The notes under the pieces are model-generated. The model did no database searches and was not told the origin of the DNA. It saw only the letters and a program-made list of their open reading frames with translations. A stretch of 64,000 bases of DNA from Mustelus asterias (taxonomy: Eukaryota): contig NC_135817.1 of the NCBI RefSeq assembly GCF_964213995.1, forward strand, positions 53,134,001 through 53,198,000, in the 5' to 3' direction. Positions 62,111 to 64,000 of the stretch are shown in pieces (within the stretch, counting starts at the first letter, position 1; every line of letters begins with the position of its first letter). The translations under genes were made by a program, and so were the position numbers.

Positions 62111-63093
62111 AGGAACACAGTTGCCTTTTAAGTGGTGCAGACTGCCTTGAACTTGTGCAGGCAGTCTTTAAGCAGTGCTAGTTTTGCATGAATTTGCATA
62201 CCCTACTCAGCCTGCAGCCCCTGAGCAATATGCTCGGCGCTGGCTGTACTACAATGATGGATAATGAACGAGCAGCACAAAGTTTGTTTGCTGCCTGCAT
62301 CGGAGGCAAAGGGCAGAGGTTAATCGCACAACCCCCAATTTGTTTAGGGACCAAATTGAATTTCGTGGCCTGGGTTTTTGTAAAATTGAACCATTTTCCT
62401 TATTAAAACATGCGTTCAGCTTCTCTATGCAAATAAGCTGCCTTTGTCACCTCAAATCAGCCCCGAGTCACTTACTATATATTTCTTATTAATTGTCCAG
62501 AATACCACATGTCGGCTTTGATGATTGCCCAGCTGAAATGCTGTAAAGAAGAAAATAAGATTTCAGTTCTTTTCCTGTTCCTAAACTGGTTCCTAACAGA
62601 ATTCTGTTGAGTAGGATTTGAATGATAGCATCTAATAATGTGTTCTACCCAGCTCAGATTGTCTTTCTTGAACTGAAAAAAAACCCTTCTATTTAGTTTT
62701 CCCTTGATGGTCTAATTGGTGTATTTAATCTATTGCTATGTTGCCAGCCAACAGGGTGTCGCAATTAGGAATACAGATTGGCCTATTAATAGTCCATTCT
62801 CAAAGATCATTAACCCTTTTACTTGCTGGTTCGGATGATTCAGGAGCTCTGGAAATGTCACCAGCTTCTGGTTTTCAAAATCATTACTCAACGTTTCTTG
62901 TTGTCTCTTAAAAAAGTGAAAACACTCTGACTAATTCCATCGGTTTAATTCACAAAATGACAAACAATTGGGATGCTATAAATGTTGAAACAAAAATGTT
63001 AAAGTAGCAATGGAAACAAATCTAGGGTAATGCTTTCCCAGGTACGTTTTGTTCAAAGCTAAAGAAATGGATAGAAAATAGGAAAGTGGGGGA

Positions 63094-63413
63094 TCATAGA
63101 ATTCCTACAGTGCAGAAGGAGGCCATTCGGCCCATTGAGTCTGTATCAACCACAATCCCACTCAAGCCCTATCCCCATAGCCCCCCACATTTATCCTGCT
63201 AATCCCCCTGACACTGGGTCAATTTAGCATGGCCAATCCACCTAACCCGCACATCTTTGGACTGTGGGGGGAAACCGGAGCACCCGGAGGAAACCCACGC
63301 AGACACAAGGAGAAAGTGCAAACTCCACACAGACAGTGACTGAGGCCGGAATTGAACTTGGGTCCTTGGCACTGTGGGACAGCAGTGCTAACCACTGTGC
63401 CACCATGCCGCCC
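63094..63413 (-). mobile_element. HE1-type SINE
   Basis: Reverse-complement head, V-domain and tail. Confidence 0.9.
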
Positions 63414-64000
63414 CAAGCATTTGGGAATGTTTCTGCCCAGACCCGAACCGAGGACCTTTCACGTGTGAGGCAAACATGATAACCACTACACTACAGAAAC
63501 ACCGTGATAAAAAGAAGCAAGTAAATAATAATAAGGTAGTTAGGTAAAATACAAAGAAGTCTATTCATTTTATAAATGCTTCTATATTTCCATGTTTCCA
63601 TGTAATTCTGTCTATATCTATGTGTCTGTCTATGACTTCTTTTGACATGTTTGCATACCTATCTGTACTTGCGTGTTTGCTTATGTTACTTTATGGACTG
63701 ATTTGTACCATGGTCACTATGGCACTACCATCTCCCCCAACAGATTGTGGTCTGCCTACAATCCTGACAGCAACAATGTAAATGTTAATTGCTTTGAGGA
63801 GAGACTTCTGCCCCTTAGGAGGAGGTCCTGCCTTAGAGTCAAGCTGCCTTAGAGCCAATCAATCAGCTGACTGGCAACTCTGTAGTCTCAACAGTGCCAC
63901 CCAGAGTGATGGCTGCTACTGGGACTACAGGCAGTCCTATCATGACAAGGAGCCCAGGTAGTCCAGAGTCAGGAGTCTCACCAATTCTTGCCAACCTGTC

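Overview
Eukaryotic, repeat-rich DNA, almost certainly from a shark or other elasmobranch (many HE1-type V-SINEs, CR1 LINEs and Penelope fragments). The only host gene I can support is four internal phase-1 Ig-V exons of an IGSF3-like (EWI-family) gene on the + strand; the rest is intron sequence filled with transposons. These include the 5' part of an apparently intact Gypsy LTR element (- strand), a near-intact full-length CR1, a second 5'-truncated CR1, Penelope 3' ends carrying minimal hammerhead ribozymes, Harbinger remnants with MITEs, and several SINE families. The most notable signals are: (1) a U-UUA-AAC -1 slippery heptamer directly before the ORF1 stop in two divergent CR1 families, with ORF2 open in the -1 frame; (2) a Gypsy primer-binding site complementary to its own LTR poly(A)-signal region rather than to a tRNA 3' end, with a YLDN RT motif; (3) hammerhead motifs with stem covariation, including a fold-back insertion with one motif on each strand. 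Boundaries of decayed repeats are approximate and family names come from recalled motifs, not database searches.
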